The notes under the pieces are model-generated. The model worked only from the letters and a program-made list of their open reading frames with translations, searched no databases and was not told the DNA's origin. Of a DNA stretch of 60,427 nt, positions 27,789-38,404 are shown piece after piece. The translations under genes were made by a program, and so were the position numbers. The stretch comes from Deltaproteobacteria bacterium (GTDB taxonomy: Bacteria; Desulfobacterota; Syntrophobacteria; BM002), in assembly GCA_020353215.1 (NCBI GenBank), contig CP070692.1, positions 66,139-126,565 of the forward strand, given 5' to 3'. How positions within the stretch are numbered: the first letter of the stretch is position 1; each line of letters opens with the position of its first letter.

Positions 27789-28176
27789 CCACTGTTCACC
27801 TCTCTTTCGACACAAAAAAGACCCTTTTTCAGGACCCAGCCGCACTCTTATATTGGCATGAACGGTTATTCGTATCGGAACTCTTGAGATTCTCCGAAGT
27901 TATCATCCAAAGCTATCATGCCGCTGCAGTCCATTTTGAACTTTTTTTTGTAACACATGTGGCTTCAACTTGCAACCCCAACTGAGATTACTTCCTTTCG
28001 ACGGAGTTCAGTTTGCGACCTGCAGTCTGCCTTTCATCCCCTCAAGGGTTTACTTTCCCTCGTGGCGGGTGTCGTTGCCGGGTGGTCCCTGCGCTTGTAC
28101 GGCTTTCTTTTGCTTGCGTTTGGCGACGAGACCAATCAAAATTTCTTTTATCGCCGTGGCACGTTAGGTGTCGTGT

Positions 28177-29238
28177 TCATTTGCCAGGGTCACTAGTTGC
28201 TTCCAAGGCAGCTCGACTTCCGACCAGGTAGGCTGCGCCCAAGGCACCGGCATTGTCTCCCAGTTGTGCTTTGACCACCCTTATCTCTGGTGGCGCCATA
28301 AGTGTCAAACGTCGCTCCAGTTCGCGGTGCAGGAAACCGATGAAAACTTTCCAGGCGTTGGCCAGCCCGCCGCCTATCAGCACTCTTCTGATCCCGAGCA
28401 AGTGCACGACGTTGGCGACCGCAATGGCCAGACTGGCACCAACCGCCTGGAAGAGCTCCTGCGCCACTTGATCTCCGGCCAACGCAGCCCGATAGATTTT
28501 CTCTGCGGATAATCCTCGTGGTCCCTCCAGGTGTTGATGAAGGCTACTGGTGGTTCCACGACGCAAGAGTTTCTCTGCCCGCCGAACCAACCAAGACGCC
28601 GATGCCAGGGTTTCCAGACAGCCCCGGTTGCCGCAGCGGCATTGTTCTCCCTGGGGTTGGATGGTCATGTGACCGATCTCACCCGCCGAACTGCCACCGC
28701 CTGACCACACCTTCCCATCAACAATCAGGCAGCCACCAACGCCGGTTCCCAAGGCGATACCAAGAAAATCTCCCAGTTCGCGTCCGGCACCGAACAAGTA
28801 CTCACCATAACAGATACAGTTCACATCATTTTCCACCAAGACAGGCACCTCGAGCCGTTGTCTCAGACGCTCACCCAAGGGGAATTCAGCCCAACCAGGC
28901 AAATTAGGTGAGGTAATCACCACTCCTTTGTTCAGATCTATGACCCCAGCCGAACCTACTCCGACTCCGACCACTAGATATCCTTTGTCCTTGGCCTGAT
29001 CCATCAGCACCATCAGGCTCGCACTGAGATTCGACAAGACTGCTTCCGGGCCTCTGTCGGCGAGTGTCTTGACGCGACTGAACTCCAGGAGGCGCTTCCC
29101 AGTCAGGTCCACCAAGCCAATCTTGGTGTTGGTGCCGCCCAAGTCAACACCAATAACCGCCTGGGAGCGGCTGTCCAAGCTCTCGCCGGTCGTCCGCTGT
29201 TTAGGTTGTTCCGTCAAACCCTTCGTGGGATTTTGCAT
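28177..29238 (-). CDS. glk: ROK-family glucokinase
   Basis: It has VIGVDLGGTNTKIGLVD, the ROK zinc motif CRCGNRGCLETLAS, and GGG.S at the C-terminus. An N-terminal leader of about 25 aa may be shorter in reality. Confidence 0.85.
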   Translation of the reverse strand: MQNPTKGLTEQPKQRTTGESLDSRSQAVIGVDLGGTNTKIGLVDLTGKRLLEFSRVKTLADRGPEAVLSNLSASLMVLMDQAKDKGYLVVGVGVGSAGVIDLNKGVVITSPNLPGWAEFPLGERLRQRLEVPVLVENDVNCICYGEYLFGAGRELGDFLGIALGTGVGGCLIVDGKVWSGGGSSAGEIGHMTIQPQGEQCRCGNRGCLETLASASWLVRRAEKLLRRGTTSSLHQHLEGPRGLSAEKIYRAALAGDQVAQELFQAVGASLAIAVANVVHLLGIRRVLIGGGLANAWKVFIGFLHRELERRLTLMAPPEIRVVKAQLGDNAGALGAAYLVGSRAALEATSDPGK

Positions 29239-29433
29239 ACGGTCCCTGCTGCACCCTGGCGAACATCACCTGATGATGAACATAGCCGAGGTTCATCAGA
29301 GTAAGTCTCCACCGCAAGCTGGCTAATACTTGTTCGGGGTGGTCATGCGTCCCATCTCAAGCTCGTCTTTTTCCAGGGCTGTGGGTGCAATGAGATTTGT
29401 GCCTTTCATTCGCTCAGCCACCGACTGCGAGCT

Positions 29434-30225
29434 TCACCCAGTCAGTGTCCCAACAAAATCTGGTTTACGTTTTTCCAAGAAAGCAGAAGTCCCTTCTTTT
29501 GCATCCGCACTGGCGAAGCAAAGAGCGAAACCATCCATCTCCAAGGCGCAGGCGCTGTATAGATCCACATCCATACCGCGGTCTATGACGTGCTTGATGG
29601 TTCTAATTGCTACTTTTCCCTTACTGGCAATAAGTGAAGCAACTTTTCTGGTTTCCTCCATTAGTGTTTCGGGCGGAAATACTTTGTTAACCAAGCCCAT
29701 GTTGAACGCTTCCTCAGCAGTAATCATGGCGCCTGTAAGGCAAAGCTCCTTGGCTCTGGCTCTTCCCACCAAACGGAGAAGACGTTGAGTACCGCCAAAA
29801 CCGGGAATTATGCCCAGGTTGATCTCGGGTTGACCGAGTTTTGCCGATTCTGAGGCGTAGATGAAATCACAGGCCAATGCTATTTCGCAACCTCCTCCGA
29901 GAGCAAATCCATTGACACAGGCAATGACCGGAATGGCCAAATTCTCCAGACCAAACAACGCCTTCTGTCCTTCCGCAGCGAAATGTTTGGCAAAAAGAGG
30001 GCTCATTTCCTGCAATTCCTTGATATCAGCGCCCGCAACAAAGGCCCGATCTCCTGCCCCCGTTAGGATGAGCACCCTTACGTCCTCGTTTTCCTCAACG
30101 GATCGGATCGCAGCCGCCAATTCCTTAATTGTCTCGAAGGTCAATGCATTGAGCACCTTGGGGCGATTGAAGGTTAAGGTGGCAATTCCAGCTTCCACTT
30201 CAAATAGTATGTTCTCATAAGCCAT
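29434..30225 (-). CDS. enoyl-CoA hydratase/isomerase (crotonase family)
   Basis: It has LTFNRPKVLNAL, LTGAGDRAFVAGADIKE and CVNGFALGGGCEIALACD (the oxyanion-hole regions). Confidence 0.9.
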   Translation of the reverse strand: MAYENILFEVEAGIATLTFNRPKVLNALTFETIKELAAAIRSVEENEDVRVLILTGAGDRAFVAGADIKELQEMSPLFAKHFAAEGQKALFGLENLAIPVIACVNGFALGGGCEIALACDFIYASESAKLGQPEINLGIIPGFGGTQRLLRLVGRARAKELCLTGAMITAEEAFNMGLVNKVFPPETLMEETRKVASLIASKGKVAIRTIKHVIDRGMDVDLYSACALEMDGFALCFASADAKEGTSAFLEKRKPDFVGTLTG

Positions 30226-31259
30226 GGTACACCTCTCTCCCCTCTTTACGTAGACTTGTCTTGTTGTGGCAGAGTAGCCCCTTTGTGCCTATACTTGGGC
30301 CTAACCCTCCCCCTCTTATACAGTTGATATCGTGTCGATAAAAGGTGAATTTCCGTTTAATCTCTTCGGGTCTAATTCCCCGAAGCTTGCTTCGAAAGCA
30401 AAAAGATGGAAGTCCTTGGGATACTCCGCAGCTTGCCGCAGGGCAGTTCATTGTCAGAAATAGTCAGGGACACCCATGAAACGATAAGTTTCCCACGTGA
30501 TCAGACCATACTTAAGCGACGAGCCGTCATCGAAAGCCGGTATCGCCCCAAAGGGGACGCAGCATCCCATTGCTGCTAACGGCCTAGTAGAAGCATAAAG
30601 ACTTTCTAGACTACTTACCCCAAGGAGTTTCGTGATTTAGCCTGGCATATTCTAGATGAAACCTCAACCCCCTGCTAGGCCAAATCTTGCTGCCCATCCA
30701 TCTTCGACCGCTGCTGCAAACCAACAGCCACCTTTTTTCCGTTCTTCAGGAATTTGCTTGGCTAAACCTCCCTTGGCCGCTGAAAACTAACCTCGACAAA
30801 CTAACATCTCTACATTACTTTCTTCTCCGAGTCATGGACAGAAAAAGACTGTGCAAGATGGTATTGCCGGAGGAGTTTCGGAAAACCACTTGGTAGGATC
30901 TTGGATGGAATCTGAACCACTAACTATAACTGCGCGGTGCCGTTAAATCTTGTCCGTCTGCCGCCGAAAACATACACCCACCCCATGGGGCTATCATAGG
31001 GGCGACAAGTGCAAGACCTACTGGTTTCCCCGAAAAACTGAAGCTTTCCTAGCCTTCGGTCAAGCATTTCCAGTCGACGAGTAAGAAGAACAGCAAGTTT
31101 AACAGAGTTGCCCATGAGATAGATAGAATTTTATAATTTTATGGACGTCCCCTATTCTCCTTGACTCCCTCCGGTCCCTATGCTAAGAGAAGGCCGAGAA
31201 TAAAGGCTACGCCGTCAGGACGTGATTCCAACGATTAACATACTGTGAGAATTAAACTA

Positions 31260-32291
31260 ATGGTCGATCTCCGCAGCGATACGGTAACAAAGCCTACCCC
31301 GGCCATGCGGAAGGCCATGGGCGAGGCAGAGGTTGGTGATGACGTTCTCGGTGAAGATCCTACCGTCAATCTACTCCAAGAGAAAGTGGCTCTTCTAACG
31401 GGGAAGGAGGCCGGCCTCTTCATGCCGTCAGGCACCATGGCAAACCAGGTTGCCATAAAAACCCATGTTCAGCCCGGGGATGAGATCATCATCGACCGGG
31501 ATGCGCACATCTATTATTATGAGTGTGGCGCCACCGCGGTCATTTCCGGGGGGCAATTCCAGTGTTTGGTTGGTGAGCAAGGGGTTTTGTCGGCGGAGGC
31601 CATAGCCTCTGCGATACGGCCTTCAGATATTCACCAGCCACCGTCTCGCCTTATCTGCCTGGAAAATACTCACAATAGAGGAGGTGGTAGCGTTTATACG
31701 GTGGAACGGCTGACCGCCATTTCCGAGCTCGCTGTTCAGAACGGTATGCTCATACACCTCGATGGCGCCCGGCTATTCAATGCCGCCCTTGCCTGCAGCA
31801 CGACTGTTAAAGAGATGGCAGTCCAGGCGGATTCAGTCTGTGTTGCTCTCTCCAAGGCGTTGGGTGCACCTGCGGGTTCGGTCCTTTGCGGCTCTTCCTA
31901 CTTCATTGAACAAGCCCGGCGATTTCGTAAGATGCTGGGAGGTGGCATGCGCCAGGTCGGCATTCTGGCGGCGGCTGGGCTGCACGCGCTCGATCATCAT
32001 GTGACCCGTTTGGCAGAGGATCATCAGAACGCCAAGAAATTGGCTCGTGGACTTGCTGGTGTTTCTGGGATTGAGATTGACCCCGGGGAAGTGTTGACCA
32101 ATATCGTCCTGTTCGATGTGGCTGGCACCGGTATGGATGCAGATGTCTTGGTGGAACGTTTGGCTACCGAGGGCGTCTTACTCATTCCTTTTGGTCCCAC
32201 GACTGTTCGGGCTGTGACCCACCTGGACGTCAGCGCTGCAGATATTGACGAGGCCTTGGAGATTATTCGTCGAGTCCTAGAAGGGTTTTAG
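31260..32291 (+). CDS. ltaE: low-specificity L-threonine aldolase (PLP-dependent)
   Basis: It has [13 protein letters not shown] and the PLP-lysine region ALSKALGAP. The ATG at 31260 is preferred over the GTG at 31245. Confidence 0.85.
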   Translation: MVDLRSDTVTKPTPAMRKAMGEAEVGDDVLGEDPTVNLLQEKVALLTGKEAGLFMPSGTMANQVAIKTHVQPGDEIIIDRDAHIYYYECGATAVISGGQFQCLVGEQGVLSAEAIASAIRPSDIHQPPSRLICLENTHNRGGGSVYTVERLTAISELAVQNGMLIHLDGARLFNAALACSTTVKEMAVQADSVCVALSKALGAPAGSVLCGSSYFIEQARRFRKMLGGGMRQVGILAAAGLHALDHHVTRLAEDHQNAKKLARGLAGVSGIEIDPGEVLTNIVLFDVAGTGMDADVLVERLATEGVLLIPFGPTTVRAVTHLDVSAADIDEALEIIRRVLEGF

Positions 32292-32539
32292 CTGACTTAG
32301 CCGGTTTTGCCAGCTACCCTGTTAAAAACTATCGCAGTCGTTAACTCGTTTCTACGCTCTCAAAGCTGGGCCTTCCCAGATATCTTCAGTTAATGAGCCG
32401 TTGGTCAGAGCTAGCTGGCCACTGGTGGCAAGTCCTTACCTGAGACGGGGCAAGCCCGGCGGCTCGCCGAACCGGCCAACCGGTTCGAGCGGCCGCAATG
32501 TGTACACCGAGTCAACCGGCCAGTCCGAGGGAGTGGTCC

Positions 32540-33331
32540 ATGCGTCGGATAGTAACCCTGCTCACAGATTTCGGCACCAGGGACCACTATGTCGCAACAC
32601 TGAAGGCCGTGCTTCTGACGATTAACCCGGCACTCAACCTGGTGGATATCACCCACGATATAGCCCCACAGAACATTCAGGAGGGAGGGTTTGTGCTGGC
32701 CTCATCCTTTCAGTTTTTTCCTGCAGGTACTCTGCATCTGGCCGTAGTTGACCCAGGGGTTGGGGGAGAACGGCAAGGGTTGGCAGCGGCAACGGAGCGT
32801 CACATCTTTGTTGGCCCCGACAATGGAATCTTTGACCGGGCATTTGCTCTCGACCCTCCCCGTCTAGTGGTGTCTCTCCAAAGCAGAGAGTATCAGCTGT
32901 CTCAGCCGAGTGCGACATTTCACGGTCGCGACATTTTCGCCCCAGCAACAGCTCATCTATCCCTTGGATTGCCCCTGGAGAGACTTGGTCCCTCTATTAG
33001 ATATCGAATGATCCGGCCTGGTCGAGTAGTCTTCAGTGACCAGGGCGAGGTGCACGGGGAAATAATCCACATTGATCGTTTCGGTAACCTTATCTCCAAC
33101 ATAGAAATTCCATTTGCACGGGGGCGAGAAGGTTTGCAGGATCTGCAAGTCCACCTCCCCACTCTACAGGTGTTCACCGGCCCCAGCACTTATGAGGAGG
33201 CACCGCCCTCGCGTCCCTTTGCCTTAATCGGCAGCACAGGTCACCTAGAAGTGGCGGTTCGCAATGGCAGCGCCCATGAGCTTACCGGCCACGGTGTTGG
33301 GTCCTCTGTAGTGGTTCGCCGGCGCAGATGA
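32540..33331 (+). CDS. SAM hydrolase / SAM-dependent halogenase family protein (DUF62, adenosyl-hydroxide-forming)
   Basis: It has LLTDFGTRDHYVATLKAV, VVDPGVG and FHGRDIFAP. GAGGGA lies upstream of the ATG at 32540. Confidence 0.8.
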   Translation: MRRIVTLLTDFGTRDHYVATLKAVLLTINPALNLVDITHDIAPQNIQEGGFVLASSFQFFPAGTLHLAVVDPGVGGERQGLAAATERHIFVGPDNGIFDRAFALDPPRLVVSLQSREYQLSQPSATFHGRDIFAPATAHLSLGLPLERLGPSIRYRMIRPGRVVFSDQGEVHGEIIHIDRFGNLISNIEIPFARGREGLQDLQVHLPTLQVFTGPSTYEEAPPSRPFALIGSTGHLEVAVRNGSAHELTGHGVGSSVVVRRRR

Positions 33332-33356
33332 AAAGCATGGTCGGTGGGAGTGGTTT

Positions 33357-34064
33357 ATGGAGCACATTGGGCTCATTGATCAACTCAAAAAGGCAGATCT
33401 ATTTTCCCAATTGACATCTGACGACTTGACGGCTCTTGCAACCATCGCCCGGACCCGTAAAGCCGACGTTGGTGAATTTCTTTTCGCAGCCGGTGACCGG
33501 GCCAGCGGATTTTATGTTCTACTCCAGGGCAAGATTAAGCTCTACAAGGTGTCTCCCGATGGCAAGGAATACATTCTTCGCGTGGTTCGGGACGGCCAAA
33601 CGTTCGCGGAAGCTGCCGCTTTCTCCGGACCCACCTATCCCGTGTTCGCCGAAACCATGAGCCCCTGCAACCTAGTCTATTTTGATGTGGCCGACTTTCG
33701 CAGTCTCATCCAACGCAGCCCCCAGCTGGCTCTCAATATGATCGCCACGATGGCCTCGCTCCTGCAGTCTCTGAACCAGCAGATTGAGGATCTTTCCCTC
33801 CGCGAAGTCATGGCTCGACTTTGCCGCTATTTGTTGGCGTACGCCGGGGAACAACATGGTGGAGCAATAGCGGATGGCAACAGTTTTCGACTGGAGACCA
33901 CCAAGAGCGCCCTAGCAGCAAGATTGGGGACAATCAGCGAAACACTTTCGCGGACCTTCAAAAAACTTCAACAGGGGAAACTCTTGGCAGTGGAGAGAGA
34001 TCGAGTCACTCTACTCGACTGCCGTCGGCTCAGGCAAGTTGCTGATGGGGATCTGAAACTATAG
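33357..34064 (+). CDS. Crp/Fnr-family transcriptional regulator
   Basis: It has an N-terminal cNMP-binding fold (GDRASGFYVLLQGKIKLYK) and a C-terminal HTH (TKSALAARLGTISETLSRTFKKL). Confidence 0.85.
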   Translation: MEHIGLIDQLKKADLFSQLTSDDLTALATIARTRKADVGEFLFAAGDRASGFYVLLQGKIKLYKVSPDGKEYILRVVRDGQTFAEAAAFSGPTYPVFAETMSPCNLVYFDVADFRSLIQRSPQLALNMIATMASLLQSLNQQIEDLSLREVMARLCRYLLAYAGEQHGGAIADGNSFRLETTKSALAARLGTISETLSRTFKKLQQGKLLAVERDRVTLLDCRRLRQVADGDLKL

Positions 34065-34238
34065 CGCGATTGGAGCACAAGCCCGCAAGGCCCGACAGGA
34101 CAAACTTGGCATTTTGTAGTCTTTACATACCTATTTTGTATGCTTATCTTTCCTATTAACATGACAGAGTAGGGAAGGTGTGCGAGAGAAAACGACAGGG
34201 AAATCGCTGTTTGAAGTTACCTTATCCGGAGGAAAGTA

Positions 34239-34499
34239 ATGGAAGAGATCCTACTAGAAAGAGTGGCGTGGATACCCACTCTGTTACTCACTGCAATCGA
34301 ATCGAAACCCTGGAGCCATGGATACCGACTGGCCGAGGAAAAGGCGAGTCGAGTAGAGTCGCAGCCGCAACAGCTGGGTGAAAACTGGCTCGAGCGGGAT
34401 GATACGGAGCGCCGCGAGGCTGAGGAGAACAGACACATTCACGATCTCATGGAGAACATCAAGCGCTATATTCGGAACATAGATATCAACAACCTATGA
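34239..34499 (+). CDS. hypothetical small acidic protein
   Basis: GGAGGA lies 5 nt upstream of the ATG. The ORF is followed by a clean terminator. No family was recognised. Confidence 0.5.
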   Translation: MEEILLERVAWIPTLLLTAIESKPWSHGYRLAEEKASRVESQPQQLGENWLERDDTERREAEENRHIHDLMENIKRYIRNIDINNL

Positions 34500-34535
34500 C
34501 CGGGACGCTAGCTCACTGTCGGGCGGTCTTTGGCA

Positions 34536-34570
34536 AACCCTCTTGAAGCTTAAAATTGGAGGGTTTTTTT
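34536..34570 (+). terminator. intrinsic terminator between convergent genes
   Basis: CCCTC...GAGGG is followed by ttttttt (34564-34570). It lies between the stop at 34499 (+) and the stop at 34593 (-). Confidence 0.6.
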
Positions 34571-34592
34571 ATGTTTGTGAATCAGGCGATGG

Positions 34593-35477
34593 TCAAGACT
34601 CTCTGCTCTCCATTTCGCCAGGCTGATTACTGGTCAATGCTTTTTCGAGTTGCGGATAGACGATCTCAGCCTCATTGCTCACCGGCCCTTCACTCAGGCC
34701 GTACTTTTTCAGGTAACGACTGAGCTCTATCAGAGGCGGCAGAGAAATCGCTTCAGTTACAAGAGAGGTCTCTGTGGTGCAGAGATCGTTTGGAGAGCCC
34801 GAAAAGACAAGCCGTCCGGACGCCATCACTGCCACTGTCTCCACCCAGTTCAGAAACAGATCAAGTTCATGCGCAATTATCAGCATGACTCGATCCCGAT
34901 TGGGCCAGTTTCTCAGAAGCTCGCTCAGACGCTTCCGTTCGGTGCCTGTCAGACCTGCCAACGGCTCATCCAGAATCAGCACCTGCGGTTCAAGAGCCAG
35001 CAGGCTCACCAAAGCGGCTTTCCTTTGTTGGCCGGAACTCAGAGTTCGCGGCGGACGTGCGGCAACTTGATCAGTGGAAAAAGCGAGCTCTGCAGAAACT
35101 GCCCTGAGACGTTGGAAGATTTCAGCCCTCTCCATGCCCAAGCCCACACGCAGGCCCCAACTGAGTTCCTCCCAGACGGTATTAGCGAAGAATTGACGCT
35201 CCGGATACTGGAACGCCATTGCTACTCTGCGACCCCCAGCCGTAATCCATCTATCTTTGCCCCCGTAGAGATCCGCACCATTGAACCGCACGGTTCCCTG
35301 TGCGGGTACTTCCAATCCAGCCAGGATGCGAGCTAGGGTTGTTTTCCCGCTGCCGTTCGGACCTGTCAACAGCACCGTTTCGCCCGCAGTCAACGTCAAG
35401 CTGACATCGTCTACTACTCGCCGGCGCAATGGGGTCCCGCGCTGGAATTCATGCCGGATTTTGATTGCCTCTAACAC
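34593..35477 (-). CDS. ABC ATPase, EcfA/CbiO-like (second ATPase)
   Basis: It has Walker A GPNGSGKTT, the signature LSSGQQRK and Walker B ILDEP. The start is GTG. Confidence 0.85.
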   Translation of the reverse strand: MLEAIKIRHEFQRGTPLRRRVVDDVSLTLTAGETVLLTGPNGSGKTTLARILAGLEVPAQGTVRFNGADLYGGKDRWITAGGRRVAMAFQYPERQFFANTVWEELSWGLRVGLGMERAEIFQRLRAVSAELAFSTDQVAARPPRTLSSGQQRKAALVSLLALEPQVLILDEPLAGLTGTERKRLSELLRNWPNRDRVMLIIAHELDLFLNWVETVAVMASGRLVFSGSPNDLCTTETSLVTEAISLPPLIELSRYLKKYGLSEGPVSNEAEIVYPQLEKALTSNQPGEMESRES

Positions 35478-35791
35478 TGATCATCCCACTGATTTGAAAG
35501 AACGGTCTGTTGCCCAAAATCTCTCTTCACCCTGATTACCCACCAAATGGTCCTTTACCGCCCTGGTTATTGGTCGCCTCTTCTCCCTGATGCTATCGGA
35601 TTCTTGTTGGAAATACCAGTGTGTCCTTTGAACCCCAGTGAATTTCCCATTTGGGTTGCGTGTCTTGTGACTTCTAAAGCGGTACAACTGGTTTGGAGAA
35701 GTTATTTTTCACCATTACCCGCGCGAGCATCTGTTACGATCATCACCTCTTCCTTCTCGAAGGTTCACCCTCCCTTCACAGTTGGGATCAG

Positions 35792-36652
35792 TCATTTTTT
35801 CTTGCGTTTGACGTTCGTCAAGAGTCCCACTAACTGGTCAACCGCCGTCAGGCTGCTTGCCTCTAGAATTCCGCTCGCTGCAAGGCTTTTACATAAACTA
35901 GCAACGGCCGGCACTTCCAAGCCCAGTCGCTCCACCAGTCGCTCGTTCTGGAAGAAGCTCTTTGGAGAGCCATCGAAAAGCAGCTTGCCGGTTTCCAACG
36001 CTACCAACCTGTGAGCTTCGACAGCTTCTTCTAACACGTGGGTGGTATGCACTACTGTACAGGAATCGCTCGAATTGACCCTACGCAGGAGTCTGAGCAT
36101 TTCGTCGCGTTTCCGGCCATCTACCATGCAAAGCGAATCGTCCAGCAACAAACACCCTTTTCTCAATGCCAGGACACCGGCGAGGAGAAGGCGCTGCTGC
36201 TCGCCGCCGGAGAGATGGTAGCTAAGATCACCCGACTTCTCCCAAAGGCCTACTTTCCGAAGAGCCTCCTCCACTCGGGCACGGACCGCCTTGGACCTCA
36301 GCCCTTCATTTTCTAAACCAAAGGCCACGTCTTCCACTACTACCGGTGAGATTATCTGGTTTTCGGGATTGGCGAAAACGCACGCGGCAAGGTTATTGAG
36401 TTCTCCACGAGGGAGAAGGCCGTCGTTTATCCTGACCTGCCCTGTTTGCGGTTGACACAAACCTTTCATCAACTTGATAAGTGTGGTTTTTCCCGCTCCT
36501 GTAGGCCCCACCACGGTCACCCACTCGCCGGCACGGATCGTCAGGCTGAAATCAGAAAACAGCGGCGCTTCTTGGCTTCCTGTGTATGAAAAGCCTATTT
36601 TGTCAAGTTCAATGGAGATCATAGTCGCTCGCAAGGGAAGGCAGGTTTCCAC
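35792..36652 (-). CDS. ABC ATPase, EcfA/CbiO-like (first ATPase)
   Basis: It has Walker A GPTGAGKTT, the signature LSGGEQQR and a degenerate Walker B LLLDD. The start is either GTG 36652 or ATG 36622. Confidence 0.85.
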   Translation of the reverse strand: METCLPLRATMISIELDKIGFSYTGSQEAPLFSDFSLTIRAGEWVTVVGPTGAGKTTLIKLMKGLCQPQTGQVRINDGLLPRGELNNLAACVFANPENQIISPVVVEDVAFGLENEGLRSKAVRARVEEALRKVGLWEKSGDLSYHLSGGEQQRLLLAGVLALRKGCLLLDDSLCMVDGRKRDEMLRLLRRVNSSDSCTVVHTTHVLEEAVEAHRLVALETGKLLFDGSPKSFFQNERLVERLGLEVPAVASLCKSLAASGILEASSLTAVDQLVGLLTNVKRKKK

Positions 36653-37173
36653 CTTTATCGAGTACTGTCTTACCGGGGTCGGAGCTGCAAACTGTTGAAG
36701 CGTGCAGGCTTTTCACGGCTCTACCTTTGTCAAACAAGGTCTTTTCGGCCGAGCCGCCTTGCTTCCACAAAAGCACTCTACTGCTTCCGAGTTGAAGAAA
36801 TCTGGCTTATGAATCAAAGCAGAACTTGGGTGTCAATTTAAATCAATTCTTATCGTATTGCGAGTACTTCTGTGAGGTTTCAGCAATTATAGATCACTGC
36901 GGCCGCATCCGACGGGTCAGTGGGCCGGTCGGCAGTGATAACTCGGGTTAGACTTGATCATCTTAGCTGACTGGCGGAACTGGTGCCTCATGAGTCTTGA
37001 ACTGCTTTCCTTTTTTTGACCCGACAAGATCAGGAACGCGTCCGTGAGCTCCAGGAAATCGGGCCACCTTGTTTAAAGTTAAGGCCTGCCAAGCTATCTT
37101 CCGCAAAGGGTCTTTGGCTAAGGACATCGAACCACACCCGTGAATCTTCTAACAGGGACTTTACAATGTCATC

Positions 37174-37923
37174 CTACTGCTGATCCTTATCCGGAGCCCG
37201 CAAAGCCAGTTTAAAGATTAGCACAAAGAGGAGCCCGATCACCACGACTAGTCCCACTCGGCTAACATGTTTCGCGTCGATATAGCTCGAGTCGGTCACA
37301 AAGGATGCCAGATGGTTCGTAATTGTGAAGTATCTGTAGACAAAGTTCTCTGGATCCAATCGATAAGCTTTTTCGAAATCTGCTTCAGCCAGGTTGTCAT
37401 GGCCCAACTGCCTGTGTGACTTTGACCTGATTGCATAGGCTCTGCCGATTGATGGGTCGGCATCGGCTAGATCAATTGCTCTTGTGGCATCTTGTATGGC
37501 CTCTTCGAACAGCCCCTTGGAAAAGTAAGCCTCTGAGCGATTGGTGTAAGCTCGGGCCAGCTGGGGATCGAGTTCTATGGCGCTCGTTAAGTAAATAAGA
37601 GCGGTATCAAGATATCCCTGTCTCATATAGCCTAAGCCGAGCATCCTATAAGCTTCCGAATCATAGGTTTTCAGCTCGATGACTCTGAGGAAGTCAGCTA
37701 CCGTCTTGGCATACTCCTCCTGGTAAAAATAGAGCATACCACGCTTCTCGTAGGCAGCCGAAAACCTCGGGTTCAACTCCAGCGCCTTCGTGAAATAATG
37801 GATCTTTCTGGTCGTAATCGTGCTCTGAAGCCCCAAATCGAAGAAACCCATGGCATCCTGGCCCCACCCTGCACACGCAGTAACTAGCACGTAGATGATC
37901 ACACCAATTAGTGTCCTCTTCAT
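37174..37923 (-). CDS. TPR-repeat lipoprotein with C-terminal TM anchor
   Basis: It has a signal peptide with the lipobox LVTAC and several TPR units (AYEKRGMLYF..., AYRMLGLGYM..., AYTNRSEAYF...). GAGGGAG lies 5 nt upstream of the ATG at 37923. Confidence 0.8.
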   Translation of the reverse strand: MKRTLIGVIIYVLVTACAGWGQDAMGFFDLGLQSTITTRKIHYFTKALELNPRFSAAYEKRGMLYFYQEEYAKTVADFLRVIELKTYDSEAYRMLGLGYMRQGYLDTALIYLTSAIELDPQLARAYTNRSEAYFSKGLFEEAIQDATRAIDLADADPSIGRAYAIRSKSHRQLGHDNLAEADFEKAYRLDPENFVYRYFTITNHLASFVTDSSYIDAKHVSRVGLVVVIGLLFVLIFKLALRAPDKDQQ

Positions 37924-38404
37924 CTTACTCCCTCTTTTAGAGACTGTTCGTCTGAATCCGCGTCCCTGACGAACCTTGACTACCAATGAAACCGCTGTTC
38001 AGCCAGAGTTCCTCCATCGGGCTTTTCCGAATATTGTAACTTGGTAGAAAAGAGGTGGGTATTTCTTACAAGAGACATGGGACTATCTTTTGTTGTCCCT
38101 CCTACAATCCTGACCAAGCCAGCAACACGGTCGATAAGGTTTTCTTTCCCCTGAATTCATTCCTGACTCGATCATATGGTAACGCGTAAGAATGTTTATG
38201 GTGTGCCAAGGAGCACCCCGCCGGCAAAGCCGCAATCGGCAAGCAGTTGGGGTTGCGGAAGGTGTGAAGGAAAATGAGATCTCACTCCTCCATGCTTGAT
38301 CTCTCTGTTCACCTGATAGTTTCGATGAGATCCATGCGAGAGGCTATGACGTTGGGATGCTGCTGACTGAACCATAGCGTTCAACTCTGGGCTGAGGAAA
38401 GTTC

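Noticed and set aside
29330-29788. 152-aa plus-strand ORF
   Set aside because: It is antisense to the crotonase gene.
30215-30451. 78-aa minus-strand ORF (MNCPAASCGVSQGLPSFCFRSKLRGIRPEEIK...)
   Set aside because: It overlaps the crotonase start codon region. It is simply the translation of the overlapping palindromes at 30364-30394.
34115-34127. TGTA-gtctt-TACA palindrome downstream of the Crp/Fnr gene (possible Crp-family operator)
   Set aside because: It has only 4+4 bp with 5-nt spacing, whereas Crp/Fnr boxes are TGTGA-N6-TCACA or TTGAT-N4-ATCAA. It is too weak to call.
34650-35336. 228-aa plus-strand ORF
   Set aside because: It is antisense to the EcfA-like ATPase.
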